A stretch of 63,900 nucleotides of DNA, the filler included, from Bonamia ostreae (taxonomy: Eukaryota): assembly GCA_040357525.1 (NCBI GenBank). It is 18 parts of 18 records of this genome, joined end to end, with 100 filler letters (N's around TTAATTAATTAA, not from the genome) between each part and the next. Parts side by side here need not be neighbours in the genome. Positions count along the whole stretch, not along the records: positions 49,918 to 53,356 come from JBDODL010000509.1; positions 53,457 to 56,878 come from JBDODL010000511.1; positions 56,979 to 60,391 come from JBDODL010000512.1; positions 60,492 to 63,900 come from JBDODL010000513.1; 14 more parts are not named here. One strand, given 5' to 3'. Below the pieces are notes generated by a model. The model was not told the origin of the DNA. It worked only from the letters and a program-made list of their open reading frames with translations, and did no database searches. A program made the translations under genes and the position numbers. Of this stretch, positions 50,005 through 63,844 are shown in pieces. Each line of letters begins with the position of its first letter. The stretch's first letter is position 1.

Positions 50005-51710
50005 GAAAAGATTCGGAAAATGCGTGGGAAAAATGACGATTCCACGACTTCTGAGTGCATGCGTGCTTACAGCATCGCAACGGAATCCTTTAATTCTTAT
50101 TATAAAAAGTTTTCGTTCCGCCATTATTTCAAAGTTATTCCGACAATTTTCTTCCTAAAGCGCATAAAATGTACACTGCCATTGAAAACGAAAGAAAAAA
50201 GCTGATAGAAGAAGCCCTTTTCAAATTCCCCGAACTTTTCAAGGCGTTCAACAGAAACAACGAAGTTGATTTTCCACACCATTATCAATAAAAAGAACGC
50301 ACTGCAAAAACAAATCGTCGAAAAAGAGGAAAGTGAAGAGAGTCCAACGAAGACAGAAAAGCAGTCGAACAAGAAAGACGCGTCGACTAACGATCCATTT
50401 TTGTACAAATTGACGGAAGTGCTGATAGACAAAGATTGGCACATTTTGCAGTTGAAAAAGAAGCACAACGACATCTTCGACACGACCATCGAATGTCTTC
50501 TGAAGTTCGACCAAAACAAAGGAAAAACCGTTCCGATCGAGTTAACGACTGTGTGCGAATTTGTGCGGGAACACGGCAAAGAAACGGAAGGCATTTTTAG
50601 GATATCAGCTTTAAGCAAGACGACTAGTCGCGTCAAACAATTGGTTTCAATTCATAGTCGATTTTTTAGCGACATTTTTTTATTTTTTGGCGATAATTTT
50701 TTTTATTTTTTGGCGATAATTTTTTTTATTTTTTGGTGATATTTTTTTTATTTTTTGGCGACATTTTTTTATTTTTCGGCGATATTTTTTTTATTTTTTG
50801 GCGACAATTTTTTTATTTTTTGACGATAATTTTTTTGGCGATATTTTTTGGCGATAATTTTTTTTATTTTTTGGCGATATTTTTTTATTTTTTGGCGATA
50901 ATTTTTTTTCGATTTTTTAGCGACATTTTTTTTATTTTTTGGCGAAAATTTGTTTTTATTTTTTGGAGATATTTTTTTATTTTTTGGCGATATTTTTTTA
51001 TTTTTGGCGAACATTTTTTTTATTTTTTGGCGATATTTTTTTAATTTTTGATGATAATTTTTTCGCGATAATATTTCTGATTTTTTGGCAAATTTTTTTG
51101 TCGATAATTTTTTGTGAAAAAAATGCTCAAAATTGCAAAAATAAATGAAGATCAAAACCAAAAAATATGACTTGCCAGAAGAAACGGATGTGCACGCATG
51201 CGCTTGTTTCATAAAACAGTTCTTGCAGCAGTTGCCAGAATCGGTCGTAAACATTCGCGCTGCCAAAAAATGTTACGCGATTGGGGAAAAGCATTTAAAT
51301 GGAGCAAACGTGGATGATTGCATCAAAGACTTTGAACAAATTTTAAAAGATGTTTAAATTTTAAAACGTAAATTTTTGTAAATTGTTCCGACCAATTTAT
51401 TCACAAAAAATAAAATGGCGTAAAACAAAATTTTCGAAAATGATAAAATTTGGCAAAAACAATTTTAATTGTTGCAAAGATTTATCCCGAGAACATACCG
51501 ACATTGGAATACGTGTCGAAGTTCTTGAACGAAATATCATTGAGCAAGGAGAAAAACAGAATGAATCATGAGAATTTGGGAATTATTTTTGCTCCAACGT
51601 TGTTAGCAATGTCTGAAAAAACAATGGAAGATATTTCCACGAAAATCAGAAGAGGGAAGTTTTTTATGATATTCGTCATTGCTTGTGCCAATAAGATTGA
51701 ATGGAAATAA
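50005..51710 (+). CDS. RhoGAP-domain protein, 3' part
   Basis: VPIELTTVCEFV...EGIFRIS, DVHACACFIKQFLQQLPE, NRMNHENLGIIFAPTL. Confidence 0.92.
50660..51112. repeat. Intronic minisatellite of about 20-22 nt
   Basis: ttttttattttttggcgata(a) repeated about 20 times. Confidence 0.92.
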
Positions 51711-51879
51711 CGGATTAAATCATTTTTTCGTATCNNNNNNNNNNNNNNNNNNNNNNNNNNNNNNNNNNNNNNNNNNNNNNNNNNNNNNNNNNNNNNNNNN
51801 NNNNNNNNNNNNNNNNNNNNNNNNNNNNNNNNNNGCAATAAATCAATTTCTTTGTTAAATAAAGCAAAACAAAAAATTT

Positions 51880-52858
51880 TTAATCAGCTTTTTGAGCATA
51901 ACTTTGTAATTCGACGAAATCGTCTAAGACACATTCGTTTCCGCATGCGAAAAAAGCGACTGTGGCCAGGTTAATGTCGATGTTGTCGTCTTGTTGGAAT
52001 TTTTCGACTTGACGAAAAACATAGGGCATTAATTGGAATTCGAACAACCTTTTTGTTAAAACGGCTCATATTTTCAGAAATTTGGGAACGAATTAAACAG
52101 TTTTTTTACAAAAAATTAAATAGTTTTTTAATTAATTTTAATCGATTTTCATATTAATCAAAGTTTATTGGATAAAAACAGTTCTTTTCCGCAATTTTTG
52201 CATCTGAATTTGGGCAAATTTTCGACTTTAATCAAAAGGGGTTTTGTTCCAAAATGGTATCTGAAAAATTGTTTTGGCTCCAATTGCATTTTTAGACTGA
52301 ATTTAACGAATTGGTCCATTTTTGGTTTTTCATATTCTTCCGTGTTTTCGCTCGTTATTATTTTTTCTGCTATTTCTGTTTCTCTCTAATTTGTCAAAGT
52401 TGAAATTTCCAAATTTTAAAATATCTATCAAAGTTTGTCTTCAAGACCTTTTCTTCCTCTGGTTCCTCCATCGCTTCAATTTCAATTGGTTTTAATTCTG
52501 GCTTAGTTAAGGATTGGTCGATGTTCGACAGATCTCCGTCTTCTAGTTCTAGGGAGGAAGTTGCGTAACTAATTGCAGTTATTCCATTTTTTGAATTAAC
52601 GCAGTTCGCTTTGAGACAGCCGACGACAAAAATCTGTCGGTGCCAGTTTTCGACCGGAGCATAAAGTTGCAGAATAAGAGTTTTCTGCGATTTGCATTTT
52701 TCGCATTTTGTTAAACTTGGAAAAGGAGGGACTTTTGGCCATTTCTTTTTGTTATTTTTATGAACAAGATTTACCGGACTTCCACCAAATTTGGTCGTTT
52801 TATGGTCATTTGCAAAATTTGGTTTTGCGGGTAATTTTGCCACTCCTAATTCAGCCAT
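51880..52858 (-). CDS. PDCD2L: PDCD2-like/Tsr4 protein
   Basis: TTKFGGSP, CEKC..LILQLYAP..HRQIFV.GC; RYHFGTKPL, FEFQLMP. Confidence 0.85.
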
Positions 52859-53474
52859 TTTGATGTTGTTAAAGAAGTTTGCTATATAATAAGGTTTTTA
52901 AAGAAGCGCCGAATATTTTAAAAAGATCAAAGTAAAATTTTTTATTTCCGAGTAATCGCTTGTTTTGAATTAATTGGATTATTTGAGAATAAAAACTTGA
53001 TTCACGTTTATGAAAACAGATCGTCAAAGAATCAAACGAGTTTTTTCGCTTCCTCCTCCTTTGATGGAGATTAGAAAAACGAGTGCACGCAGGCTAAGCG
53101 ACACAGATCGAGAAAGGTTTAAAAATTTGAAATTAAAGGGAAGAAAAGAATGCTGAGAGTCCCCGGAGAGAAACATTGACTATTCTCGACATTCTGTTTT
53201 TTACAATATCTTGAAGCAAAAATAAAGAGAAAGCTTCTTAAGTTTCGAAGTTATCTAAATGTTTTTTGTCTTTTCGATTTGGCCGATTTAGGTCGAGTTT
53301 TTGACAAAATTGTTTGATTGGCAAAGTTAAATAATCCTATTCGAACCGATCATTTTNNNNNNNNNNNNNNNNNNNNNNNNNNNNNNNNNNNNNNNNNNNN
53401 TTAATTAATTAANNNNNNNNNNNNNNNNNNNNNNNNNNNNNNNNNNNNNNNNNNNNTTAAAATTAAGGCAAAAC

Positions 53475-55163
53475 TTGCCAAAGAAAAACGACTTTTCGGT
53501 TCAAATATGGAACAGTCGGCTATTTCCAAATTTATCCCAAACGGAGATTGCGCCATTTGGGGACTTTCGAGAACACTGCGAAAAGTTTGAAAGCGAATAT
53601 CAATCGAAGCACAAGAAAAAGAATTTGACGTGGCGTTTCGACCAAGGACGCGCTCTTCTTCAAATCTGCTTCCAAGACGATATCCCCAACGGCGACAAAG
53701 AAAGGACAGAAAGTTTGGACGTAACAACAATTCAAATGTTCGTCTTGAAGCTGTTAGAAGAAAGTGAAGAACCGCTTTCGTTCGAAGATTTGGTTTCGAA
53801 GCTGAAGATCCCACCGCGTCTACTTCGTTTCCACATCAAATTTTTGCTCGAAAAATTTCCCGACGACTCATCTGTTCTTAGAACGACTTCCGGAAATGGT
53901 TTTTATTAATTATCAAAGGCAAATTGCTATATGGAATAAACTCGGACTTTGGTACTAAAAAGAGATTTACAATGTCCGGAATGATCATCGATGCCACAAA
54001 ATTTCCTCCTTTTTCGACGGAAAGATTTGATATGTTGGGCGAAGGGAAAGAGGGCGCGCGCAAATCGGCTGTTTTCGCCGATTTCTTCGGCGGATACAGT
54101 GATTTCGGGAACGAAGAGGAATTGGGTCTGCGGGAGAAGCGGCCGTGGCCGCAGAGCAGCGCCTTTTGCGAACGTTTGAAAGAAAGTTTTTAAGCAAATT
54201 ATTAATGAACATTTTTAAGTAGCTTTTCGGATTATTGAAATTGATTTTATTGTGATTAGACAAATTTAGTATATCCACTTTAAGAAGCTTTAAGGTGTTG
54301 CAGATTTTTGTTTTTATGTAGAAAAGGGGATTTTTGGCCGAAAATTTTGGATTTTCGTTTTTGCAAGATTTTTTAAAATTGATTGCAATAGTTGTTGTTG
54401 CCAATTAAATTTTCATGACTTTGTGCCATGAAAATTTATGTCAACCTTTTCTCTTCTTCGAGAAGCCAACTCTTTTCTACCTTGAGCTTCTTTGTTGTGA
54501 TGAGATTTTTTGATGATTTTACAACTTTTTTTTCACAAAAAAACTTTTGTGATAAGATTTTTTGGTCAAATATTAAAATCTAAAAGTCGAAAAATTTTAA
54601 AAACGAAAAATCTTTTTTCCGTGATGATTAATAATAATTTTTATTAGAAAAAATTAGTAACAAAGAGCTTTTTGTCAAGCAATTTACATAACTGGCAAAC
54701 CTAAAAAAATCTGAAAACGAAAATATTTTAAAAAATCTGTTAAAATCGTCAAATTTTTTTCGGGAAAAAGGCAAAAATTTTTTTGTCGCTTAAAATTGTT
54801 AAACAATTTATGTTAAAATTTTTTTTTGCCCAAATCTGTCAACTCTTTGTGAAAAGACAAATTAGAAAATAACAAAATATTTTTAAAGCCACTGCCACGA
54901 AATTGGACGACAAAATATTGAAAAGCAACGAAATCGGGAATATAAAAAAGCGAGAGTTGACAGACGCCGCGCTGTTAAAAATTTTGCGCGGCTGTGAATC
55001 CGCTAAAGAGTTTAACTTGATATCCGGCGTCCGCAAAGCTCTCGCGTCAACTTTGATGTCGACACTGGAAACCGATTTTATTAAAGAGCGCTTGTCGAGA
55101 CTGGTTGAATTGGAATATGTAAGATTTGACGAGCGGAAGAAAGTTTACTGTTATGTTCCGTGA
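53475..55163 (+). CDS. Cullin, C-terminal part
   Basis: FESEYQSKHKKKNLTW, VTTIQMFVL, DAALLKILR, IKERLSRLVELEY..Y.YVP. Confidence 0.88.
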
Positions 55164-55614
55164 ATAATTTTTTTGTAAATTGGAAAATAATTTTCTCGTT
55201 TTTATAACGATATCAATTTTGCTATTTTTTGTAAATCTATCGATAGTCAATATTTTTCTTTATCTGTTGTCTTCGAAACGTCTAATATTTATCTCTTCCA
55301 TATGTCCAATTTTCTTTGTTTACATCTCCAATATTTACTCTTCTCAGCTCATTTTCTCTTTTTCTCTTCCACAAATTGAATTGTCTTTCCGCATCGAATA
55401 AAATCAGTTACTGATCTTTTGATCATAGAACTTCAGGTTAGAATTCGCTTTTATAAGAAGAAACGACTGCACTCCGAAACGGAAAAGAGACTGCGAAAAA
55501 ACTGGAAAAACGAAACTGCGGAAAAAGATTTAAATTAGCAAAAAATTACAAAAATGGTAAAACAGATTTCACTCGGAATAAACTTAAAAATGGGTCAAAT
55601 TGCAAATTTCAAAT

Positions 55615-56298
55615 TTACTCGTCGAAGACGACTTTCGCGTTTTCAGACCAAAATTGAACGCTTTTTTGATAAAGAGAATGGTCGAGAGCAACTCCGGAAC
55701 CGCCTTCTTGTAGAGGCAGAGCATTCCGCATCATCGTTATAGGTTCCATCGGCAATTCTTCTTCTGTCAATTGCGGCTTAACCGACACTATTCCAAACGG
55801 CTCTTTTTGTGTCGTTTCAGTCCCAGTCGCTTTGTTTTCTTTTCGAATTTGCTCTCTGTCGTAGAGAATGACGTCCAGGAAAGTGGCTCTTTTCAAAGTA
55901 TTTTCGCTCGCTTTGAAATAGCGAACCATCACCGGGAGCTCTTTCGCAGTTCTCGCCAAATATTTTGTACTGCAATTCAAAATTTATCGTCAAAACGATT
56001 TTTAAAATGACAAAATTACTAAATTTTGGCAAAACGTTAAAAGATGTCTGTTTTTTGCGGTAATTGGCAATATCGACGAAAAACAGTTATCTACAAAATT
56101 GGGAACAATCAAATGTTTACAAAATGGAGCATATCCGTCCAAAAGCTTTATCTTTTTATCTCTAAAAAGCTAAATTTTAATTAATGCGGACTTTACCTGA
56201 TTTATTTTGTTTTCAAATTTTGACGGAGAAATGTTTATTGTTTTGTTTTCAAACAATTTAAGACAAAAAGAGTCAACAACACATAAATTTTTAGACAT
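55615..56298 (-). CDS. DUF3228-family protein
   Basis: DGYAPFCKH, ARTAKELPV, LDVILYDREQI, PMEPITMMRNAL..EGGSG. Confidence 0.9.
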
Positions 56299-56353
56299 TT
56301 TTAGCCTATAAAGATTTGCAAATTGTTAAAAACTAAAGGCTAAAAATTATTTA

Positions 56354-56794
56354 ATGTTTGCTTCGAATAAACGTTTTAACCAAACAATGGTAGTTTTCAG
56401 AAAAAGGTTATCGACGACAGCACTCAAAACCGAAAAAGCGTTAATTAAAAAGTCGTCGCCTAAACCAGTTCAGAACTATCATTGGGTTAATTTGATTAAA
56501 GCGGAATATTGGGACAGAAGCAATATGAAATCAGCCAGAACAGCTAAAAATTCTGACGAATTTTTGCATATTAACGTTCGATATAAAACTTTAACAATTC
56601 TCAAAAACAAAAAAAATATAAAAAGCGTAAATCTCATTCTCTGTAAAAATTAGCATCAAAAACATTCAATAATGGCATCATCGAAAAATCTTTCATCGTT
56701 TAGTATAGGAGGGATTTTGCTTGTTCTACAAATCGCCGCATATCTGCTTGGATATCGTTTTGTTTACCGCAACATGTTTGACTCTTCAATATAA
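56354..56794 (+). CDS. Hypothetical small protein, possibly mitochondrial membrane
   Basis: Basic N-terminus; probable second exon with a hydrophobic segment. Confidence 0.35.
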
Positions 56795-56978
56795 AGATAC
56801 GCCAATAATGGTCAAAAAGGATTTTATAATGTTTCCGAGAGTAAAAAAGCAGCACTGTAAAAATGCAATTACTGAATANNNNNNNNNNNNNNNNNNNNNN
56901 NNNNNNNNNNNNNNNNNNNNNNTTAATTAATTAANNNNNNNNNNNNNNNNNNNNNNNNNNNNNNNNNNNNNNNNNNNN

Positions 56979-59900
56979 TTTCTAACAACATTTAGCCCAA
57001 AACGAAGAAGAATTCCAAAAAATATCGATAATTTTCACAATCTTTCATCAGAATACTATCAAAAGAAACAAAATAATCGGAAAACATCAATTGGACATTT
57101 CGCAAGTTTTGAAATCGACATTATTCGTTCTCAAAAATCACTGGGGAATCTTATCTTTGCAAACAGTTCAGCGAGTTAACGAAATCAAAGTTAAATTCCA
57201 TTTTTTAAATTTTATTTTTGTCAAAATTTAAAACAGGGCTATCTCAAATATTCAGTTATGTTGATTTCGGAAAACAATTTATACAAAAACATCAAAAATC
57301 TCACGGAAAATTCAACTGGCGAAGATGTTTTTGGCCATAATTTAAAGATCTTGCTGCGCCCTCCAACGTTAAAAACTGAGAACTTCTCTCTTGAAATCGA
57401 TATTTTTGAACTAAGAGATTTACCGAAAATGGATTTAACGAATAATGGTTCACTTTAAACTATAAAATTTGGTAAATAAAAGAAAATTCTTGTGATCCGT
57501 ATATCGAAGTCGCCTTTGCAGGAGAAAAAATGCGGACTGATGTCTTCAAAGGTAGAAACACCACAATACTTCAGACATTAAAAATGGCTGTTGTCGAACC
57601 AACTGTTTTAAGGCCAAATTTTTTTAAATTCAAATTTATTGAAATGATTTTTGATAAAAAGGGATCCGATTTGATAAAAATAAGAATAATGGACAAAGAC
57701 AAAGTTTAAGCGATTTAACAATTTTAAAAATTTGCAGTTCAAAAAAGACGAAGAAGTTGCAGAAATTATATTAAATTACGACGATTTGAAAATTGAAGCT
57801 TTGAAACCGCGCTGGTTTCCTTTGTACAAAAATGAAAATTTTTGTGATTTTTATAGAGGTCGTTTGTTCGTCGGCGCAAAAGTCAAAAAATGTTCGAATT
57901 TTAATAAATTTTTGTCAATTTTAATTAAAAACAATTTTTGTCAATTTTAATTAAAAACAATTTTTGCCAATTTTAATTAAAAACAATTTTTGTCAATTTT
58001 AATTAAAAACATTGAAGCTGAGGACAATTTAAATTCAAAACTTGTACTTAGAGACCAAAAAGACAAAAACACTTTAAAAGAGACATTTTTAAATGTAACA
58101 ATATTCAATGGCGTCAATCTTATCGATTTCGACCATCTCGGTCTCGCAATTAATCTCGGAACATTGTTTTTGCCAACATTTTTTTAAACAAAAACTCAAA
58201 AACAATTTGGCAATTTTTAAAAAAATTAGAACATTTTCCACAAAATCGAGAAAAACTGAAAACGGAAAAATAATTTGGAACGAGATTTTATGCAAAAACA
58301 AACCGATTCTAGTTCCCAAAAACTCGAAAGAGCGACCAAATTTTATTTTCTATTTATTCCAAAACAACAAAAAAATTGCTTTCGAAGCGATCAAAAACTC
58401 AAAAAAATTTAAAAATCGGCCGTTTTGGATAAATTTCAATCAGAAAAATCGCTATTTGGGCTCTGTTTTGCTTTTTATCAAGTTCGATGATCGCGTTCTA
58501 ACAAAAAGCGATCAAATTTATAACAAAAATTGCTTTGATTTGTTCAAAGGAAATTTAACAATAAAAATGAGCACTTTAAACAACAACGAAAAATCTACAA
58601 AGATAACAATAAATCACAAAGATCAACAAAATCTAATTTTAAACTCAATAAATTCCACCATTTTATTTAAAAAACCGATGTTCAATATATTAATTTTAAA
58701 AATCCGAAGACTTTTTAAAGCTGTTCGTATGAAAGATTTGATCGAAATAACCGGAAACGGCGATCGTTACAAAATAAACATTTTCGACCAAATCAAATCG
58801 CCATTAAGAAAAAATTTCCATTTCGTCAAAATATTCAAAATCGATCATCGAAATATCGTTTTTAAGCTCTATTTCGAATTTTATTCGGACATAGATTGTA
58901 GCAACATAAAAAATATTATCGATCCGACCGATTTGTTTTTTTGTGAACACTTTTTAGCAAATTTTTGCCGTTTCTTCTGAAATGCCATTTATATCAAACG
59001 AAGAACATTGAAACAACCGCAAAATTAAGACAAAAAGCGATTGTAACAATGAATTGCAGCGGATATCAAACATATTTTTCTTCTAAAACATTGAAACCAA
59101 CGATGGATTGGTACCAGAGCAGATACTTGCGATTATATCTGAACGAACACTTTTGTTTATGGCCTCAAATCTTCATCGTTTTAAAAACGAATTTCGGCAA
59201 TTTGAAGTACATAGCTCAAATATCTCTTCTGAAAATTGTTACAATGAAACTTTTCTATCCTTTGAAACCGGTAAACCTGGAATTAAATCTGTTTTCCGGC
59301 GGAAACAAAGAAAACATTTTAAACAATGGCCAAATTTTAGTGAATTTTGAGTTGATCGAGAAATCCAAAATTGACGAAAATGCTTTGAAACTACCGATTT
59401 TGTATCCTTTAAAAACATTGTACTTTCTGTCTGTTGCTTCTTTGGGATTAAGAGACGTTATCTCGATTTTTCCGGTCAATAAACCGTTTTTGCGCTTTTA
59501 TTACGAAAATGGTTTTTATAAATTTTATTTTTCACAAAAAAAGATTTAATTTATCAAACAAATTCTTCAAATTGTTTCCAAAAAAATCTTTCAATTGTCG
59601 AATATTTTCATGTTCCGCTCAGTGCTCCTAAAGACAAAAGTTTTTCTGTTGTTTTGATCGTCGAAATAAGGGACAATTTAAATTTTATGAAGAACAAATC
59701 GTTTTTAGTGGGACGAATCAAAATCAATTTGAGAAAATTGAGCAAAAATAAAAATTTTGAGCTTAAAAATAAGAAGATTTTGGATATAGTAAAGAAAAAA
59801 TCCGAAAAAATTTTTGTGAAAATTGATTTTTGTTATAAAAAATTTGACGATTTTTATGTTATCGATTTTTGTGATTTAAAAAGTGAATTATTTTCTGCAT

Positions 59901-60391
59901 TATTTTTGACTAAATTTTAATAAATTAGTTTTTAGCTAATTTTTGTCTAAATTTTAATAATTTTAAAGAAATTGCGATAAAAAAGGTGGAGCCTTCTTTT
60001 TTAAAAGACAGAAAAGTGTTGATGGAAAAAGCAGATCTTTCAATTTTTGATAAATTTGGTTTTAATTTGTTTTCTAATTAAAAGAAATCGATTCAATTCA
60101 AAATTTGGTTTTTTTTGTAATAAAAATTTTCAGAAAATCAAAAAATCGTTAAAATAATATTAAAAAAAATTTTGATAAAAGGGAATCAAAAAGGGATATT
60201 TTAAAGCAATAATTCAATTTTCGGAAAATTTGAAAACTTTTGACGAAACAAATGTTTTTCTGAAAAACAATTTTGTCGTTATTCGATTATATGTCATTAG
60301 CGCAGAAAACTTGATTTCAAGTTCGATTGACGGGTTATTTTATTTTGATTTTAAATATATTTAAATTTTTTCGTTTGTGCGTGTCTTATTT
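56979..60391 (+). CDS. Ferlin-like multi-C2-domain protein, internal part
   Basis: LRDLPKMD..CDPYIEVAFAG, YRGRLFV, LKCHLYQTKN, SLGLRD, IRLYVISAENL. Confidence 0.8.
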
Positions 60392-60744
60392 NNNNNNNNN
60401 NNNNNNNNNNNNNNNNNNNNNNNNNNNNNNNNNNNTTAATTAATTAANNNNNNNNNNNNNNNNNNNNNNNNNNNNNNNNNNNNNNNNNNNNTTATGTCTG
60501 ATTAGTAAGTTATTATTGTTGTTTGTTTTATTTGGTGATTTTTTTAGTTAGAATGTTTTTTGTAATGTATGTATTTGTTTCATGTTGTTTTTTTGATTGA
60601 CTAGATTTGTTAATTTAAAAATTTTGTTTTTTTTTTTTGTTTTTTTATTTTTTTTTTTTTTTTTTTTTGTGTTATAAATTGTTTTTAATTTTTTGTTAAT
60701 TTTGTTATTATCTGTTTTTTTGTTGTTTCAAAACGGAACGAAAA

Positions 60745-61204
60745 ACGATTAAAAAGCAAAAAGAAAGAATTCGAACTGTCGGAAGACCAAAGCGAAGACT
60801 TGTGCGAATGGCTGCAGAACACTCTCAAATCCAAAGTAAAAACGGTCAAAATCACTCGCCGTCTCGACAAAGCGCCCGCCATCGTCACCGGCCACGAAAG
60901 CGCTTCTGTCCAGGTCATGATGAACCTCGCAAGCGGAGGAGCTGACAACCATCGCACTCCGCAAACGCTGAACATCAATCCTGCCCATCCCGTCGTGCGA
61001 GGGCTGTTCTACACGATGAAAGAAGAAGAGCCCCTTGCGAAGAAGGTCGCCGAGCAGATGCTGGACAACGCGATGATCGCTGCGGGGCTGATAAAAGATC
61101 CGCGCGAGATGTTGGCTCGTCTCGGGGAGATCATGACGGCGGCGATGGATGTGGAAGGGATCGAGATGGAGTTGAAGGAGAAAAAAGCAAATAAAAAGAA
61201 ATGA
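60745..61204 (+). CDS. TRAP1: Mitochondrial Hsp90 (TRAP1/HtpG type), C-terminal part
   Basis: VKITRRLDKAPAIV, LNINPAHP, AEQMLDNAMIAAGL.DPREM. Confidence 0.85.
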
Positions 61205-61226
61205 GATTTTTTTCTTTTGTAAAAAA

Positions 61227-62260
61227 TTAAAAATTTATTTTTTTTCTCGTTCTTTTAAAAGTCGGTTTTGAGAAGGAATCCCAAATGTAAAGTGGTCTTT
61301 TAACCGAAATGACAATTTTTGATCGATCATTTTGGTCATCTGTCACTTCCACGATGTTTTCTGTAAATCCCGAGATTTTAATTGCTGATCTAAAATAACT
61401 TTAAATGAAATTTATTTTTTTGTCATTTTTTTAATTTATTTTTGTCGTTTTTATGAAAATTTATTTTTTTGTTGTTTTTTTGAATTTATTTTTTGTTGTT
61501 TTTATGAAAATTTATTTTTTAAATTTATTTTTTAAATTTATTTTTTCTAGTTTTTATGAAAATTTATTTTTTGTTGTTTTTGTTAAAATTTATTTTTTGT
61601 TGTTTTTTTGAATTTATTTTTTTGTTGTGTTTGTTAAAATTTAATTTTTGTAAAAATTATGAAACGCTAAATTATTCAAACTAAGATCTTTCTTTAAACA
61701 ATCAAATTCCCTCAGATTCATCTTAAACTCCACCAAAAACATTGATATCACCAAAATATGACAAAAAAGCTTTTTTCTGTGTTTAATGTCCGAATCTCTG
61801 CCCAATTTAAATCGATCAATCAACTTTCTGCCCACATTATTTGGACATCCGATAAATTTAAATATTTCCTTTTCATTTCTATGAAGCTTAAAAGCTCTTA
61901 TTAAGTATTTTAAATATAATAATATCGGAGCTTTATCGGATTTAATGTCTTTAAAGGACATTATTTCTCTTAAAAATGAAGGATATTCGTCCAAACCGCA
62001 ATTTTCAGCTTTTTTTTCGAGAATTTTCGATATTTTTTTGACTGCGAAATTTTGGTCAAAATTTTCGGGGAGCACTAAATTGAAAATTTTGTCACAAAAT
62101 TTATATAAAAACGATCAGAAAAATCAAAAATGGCTTCGTCGCTTTCGGCGTTCATATTATATTTGGGCAAATATGTGAAGCTCCGCCGGACTTTCTCTTC
62201 ATATTTATCGTCTTCGTTTCCGTCTATTTTTGAAATCGATTTCTTTAGAAATTTTTGCAT
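61227..62260 (-). CDS. RPA49: RNA polymerase I subunit A49/PAF53-like; start uncertain
   Basis: YLPKYNMNAES..AIFD, LLYLKYLI, KLFCHILVI, LKKDLSL. Confidence 0.65.
61410..61650. repeat. Intronic tandem repeat
   Basis: aatttattttttgttgttttt(atga) repeated about 8 times. Confidence 0.8.
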
Positions 62261-62436
62261 TTCAACAGCTTTTTGCTAGTTATTGTATTTACATATAATT
62301 TGTATATTTAAAGCTCATGTTATTTTTTAGCTTTTTTGTAAATTTTGCGAGGGCTTATAAATTTTCATTCTTCCAAGATTTTACATTTATAATCAATTGC
62401 TCATTAAAACAAGATTAAAAAAACACAATAGAAATT

Positions 62437-63844
62437 ATGTTTTTCAGAAAATGGCGAACCGAAAACTTTTTAAAAATCTTTTTAAAACTGCCAAAATTTT
62501 CGTTGGCCGCTGTTCCAATCGCAGCAGACGAAGATTGGCGACAAAATATAAAAAGAAATTATCACAACAGAATCCGTAGTCTCTCCAGACCCGAAAAAAT
62601 TTTCAGTACTTTCGCTTCCGTCACCAAAGATGGCGAACCCGTTTATGTCAAATATATGACATTAGACGATTTCATCAATTCCGTAGTTCCCTTCAATTGC
62701 CAATCTGACCACGACAAAAGCTTTTAAAAACATTTTGCAAAATCATTTTTCGCGTAAGTTTAAACCTTTTCTCAAAAATGGCTAAATGGCGATAAATTTT
62801 TAGTGCACCAAAATTAAATAAATGGCTATACGGACAATTGTTAATGTTTAGGAAACTTGAGAAATGAAGATTACGCCGCTTTCTTCGATTCCGTCGATGT
62901 GGACAAAGACGGATTGATATCTCTTCCGGAATACGCTTTGTTTTCGATGTTACTTTCGATTCCAGAAAACAACATCGAAACGGCTTTTAAAATGTTCGAT
63001 TTGGACGGGAACGGTCGTGTTGAAATTGACGAATTTTTTAATTTGATCGACGTGATGTCGGACAAAACGTGGCCCGGATTTAGTTTAAGATCGATCGCGA
63101 AAGAGGCGCATTTAATTAAACTGTTTTTCGGGGATAAAAATGAAGAAACTTTGTCGTTTGATCGGTTCAAGCGATTTATTGTTCATCTCAGAAGAAATGT
63201 TTTTATTGTTTTAAAATGGCAATTTTTTATTTGTTCATTTTTCGAAGTTAAAGTCAATGACGTCATTAAAATCGGCGTTTCGTATAAAAATCTTCGAAAA
63301 TCTAAAAAAAGATAAATTTTTTTATAAAAAAATCTTCGAAAATAATAAATTTTTTTATAAAAAGATAAACAAAATGGAATTCGATTATTACGACAAAAGC
63401 AAAAGCGGTTTCATAGACGCAAAGTCGTTTGCTTTCAGCATTACTTCATATTGCTCCAACAACAGAATCGACCATTTTATAGAAAAATGCAAAAAAATTC
63501 CGATCGATTTGGCCAAAGAGCGAATTTCCAAAGACGATTTTTTGATGTTCAACAAAGTGCTCAGTTCTTTGGAAGAAATCCGATACGCTCTCGAACTGTT
63601 TACTTCGTCGCAAAAGGCGTTGGACAAAGCAGATTTTAACAGAGCAGTTGTGACGGTGACCGGAGAGAAGTTGAACAAATCGGTGATCGATGTGATTTTT
63701 TATGTTTTTGACGAAGATGGTGACGGGAGATTGAGTCAATTGGAACTGATGAAAGCATTGGAGTTTCGGTACAAAAATAAGGTGGAAGTGTGGAATGAGT
63801 TTGGGCTGAAAAATCGGTTTGATTGTGTAAAGAGTTGTTTGTAA
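62437..63844 (+). CDS. MICU1: Mitochondrial calcium uptake EF-hand protein
   Basis: YHNRIRSLSRPEKIFSTFAS, YMTLDDF, LLSIPE..AFKMFDLDGNG, VFDEDGDGRLS. Confidence 0.9.

Noticed and set aside
50733-51266. Phe-rich and Lys-rich ORFs
   Set aside because: Translations of an intronic minisatellite
3481-60491. TTAATTAATTAA recurring about every 3.5 kb like a regular array
   Set aside because: Artificial six-frame-stop spacer between size-sorted contigs
60780-61204. Higher-GC genes (TRAP1, ARF1, UTP7) as contamination or HGT
   Set aside because: They share contigs with AT-rich genes, and ARF1 and UTP7 have the same micro-intron style; codon bias is the simpler explanation
291-63844. Frequent frameshifts and stops suggesting pseudogenes or an alternative genetic code
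   Set aside because: The cases checked resolve with short GT-AG introns; TAA, TAG and TGA all end genes normally
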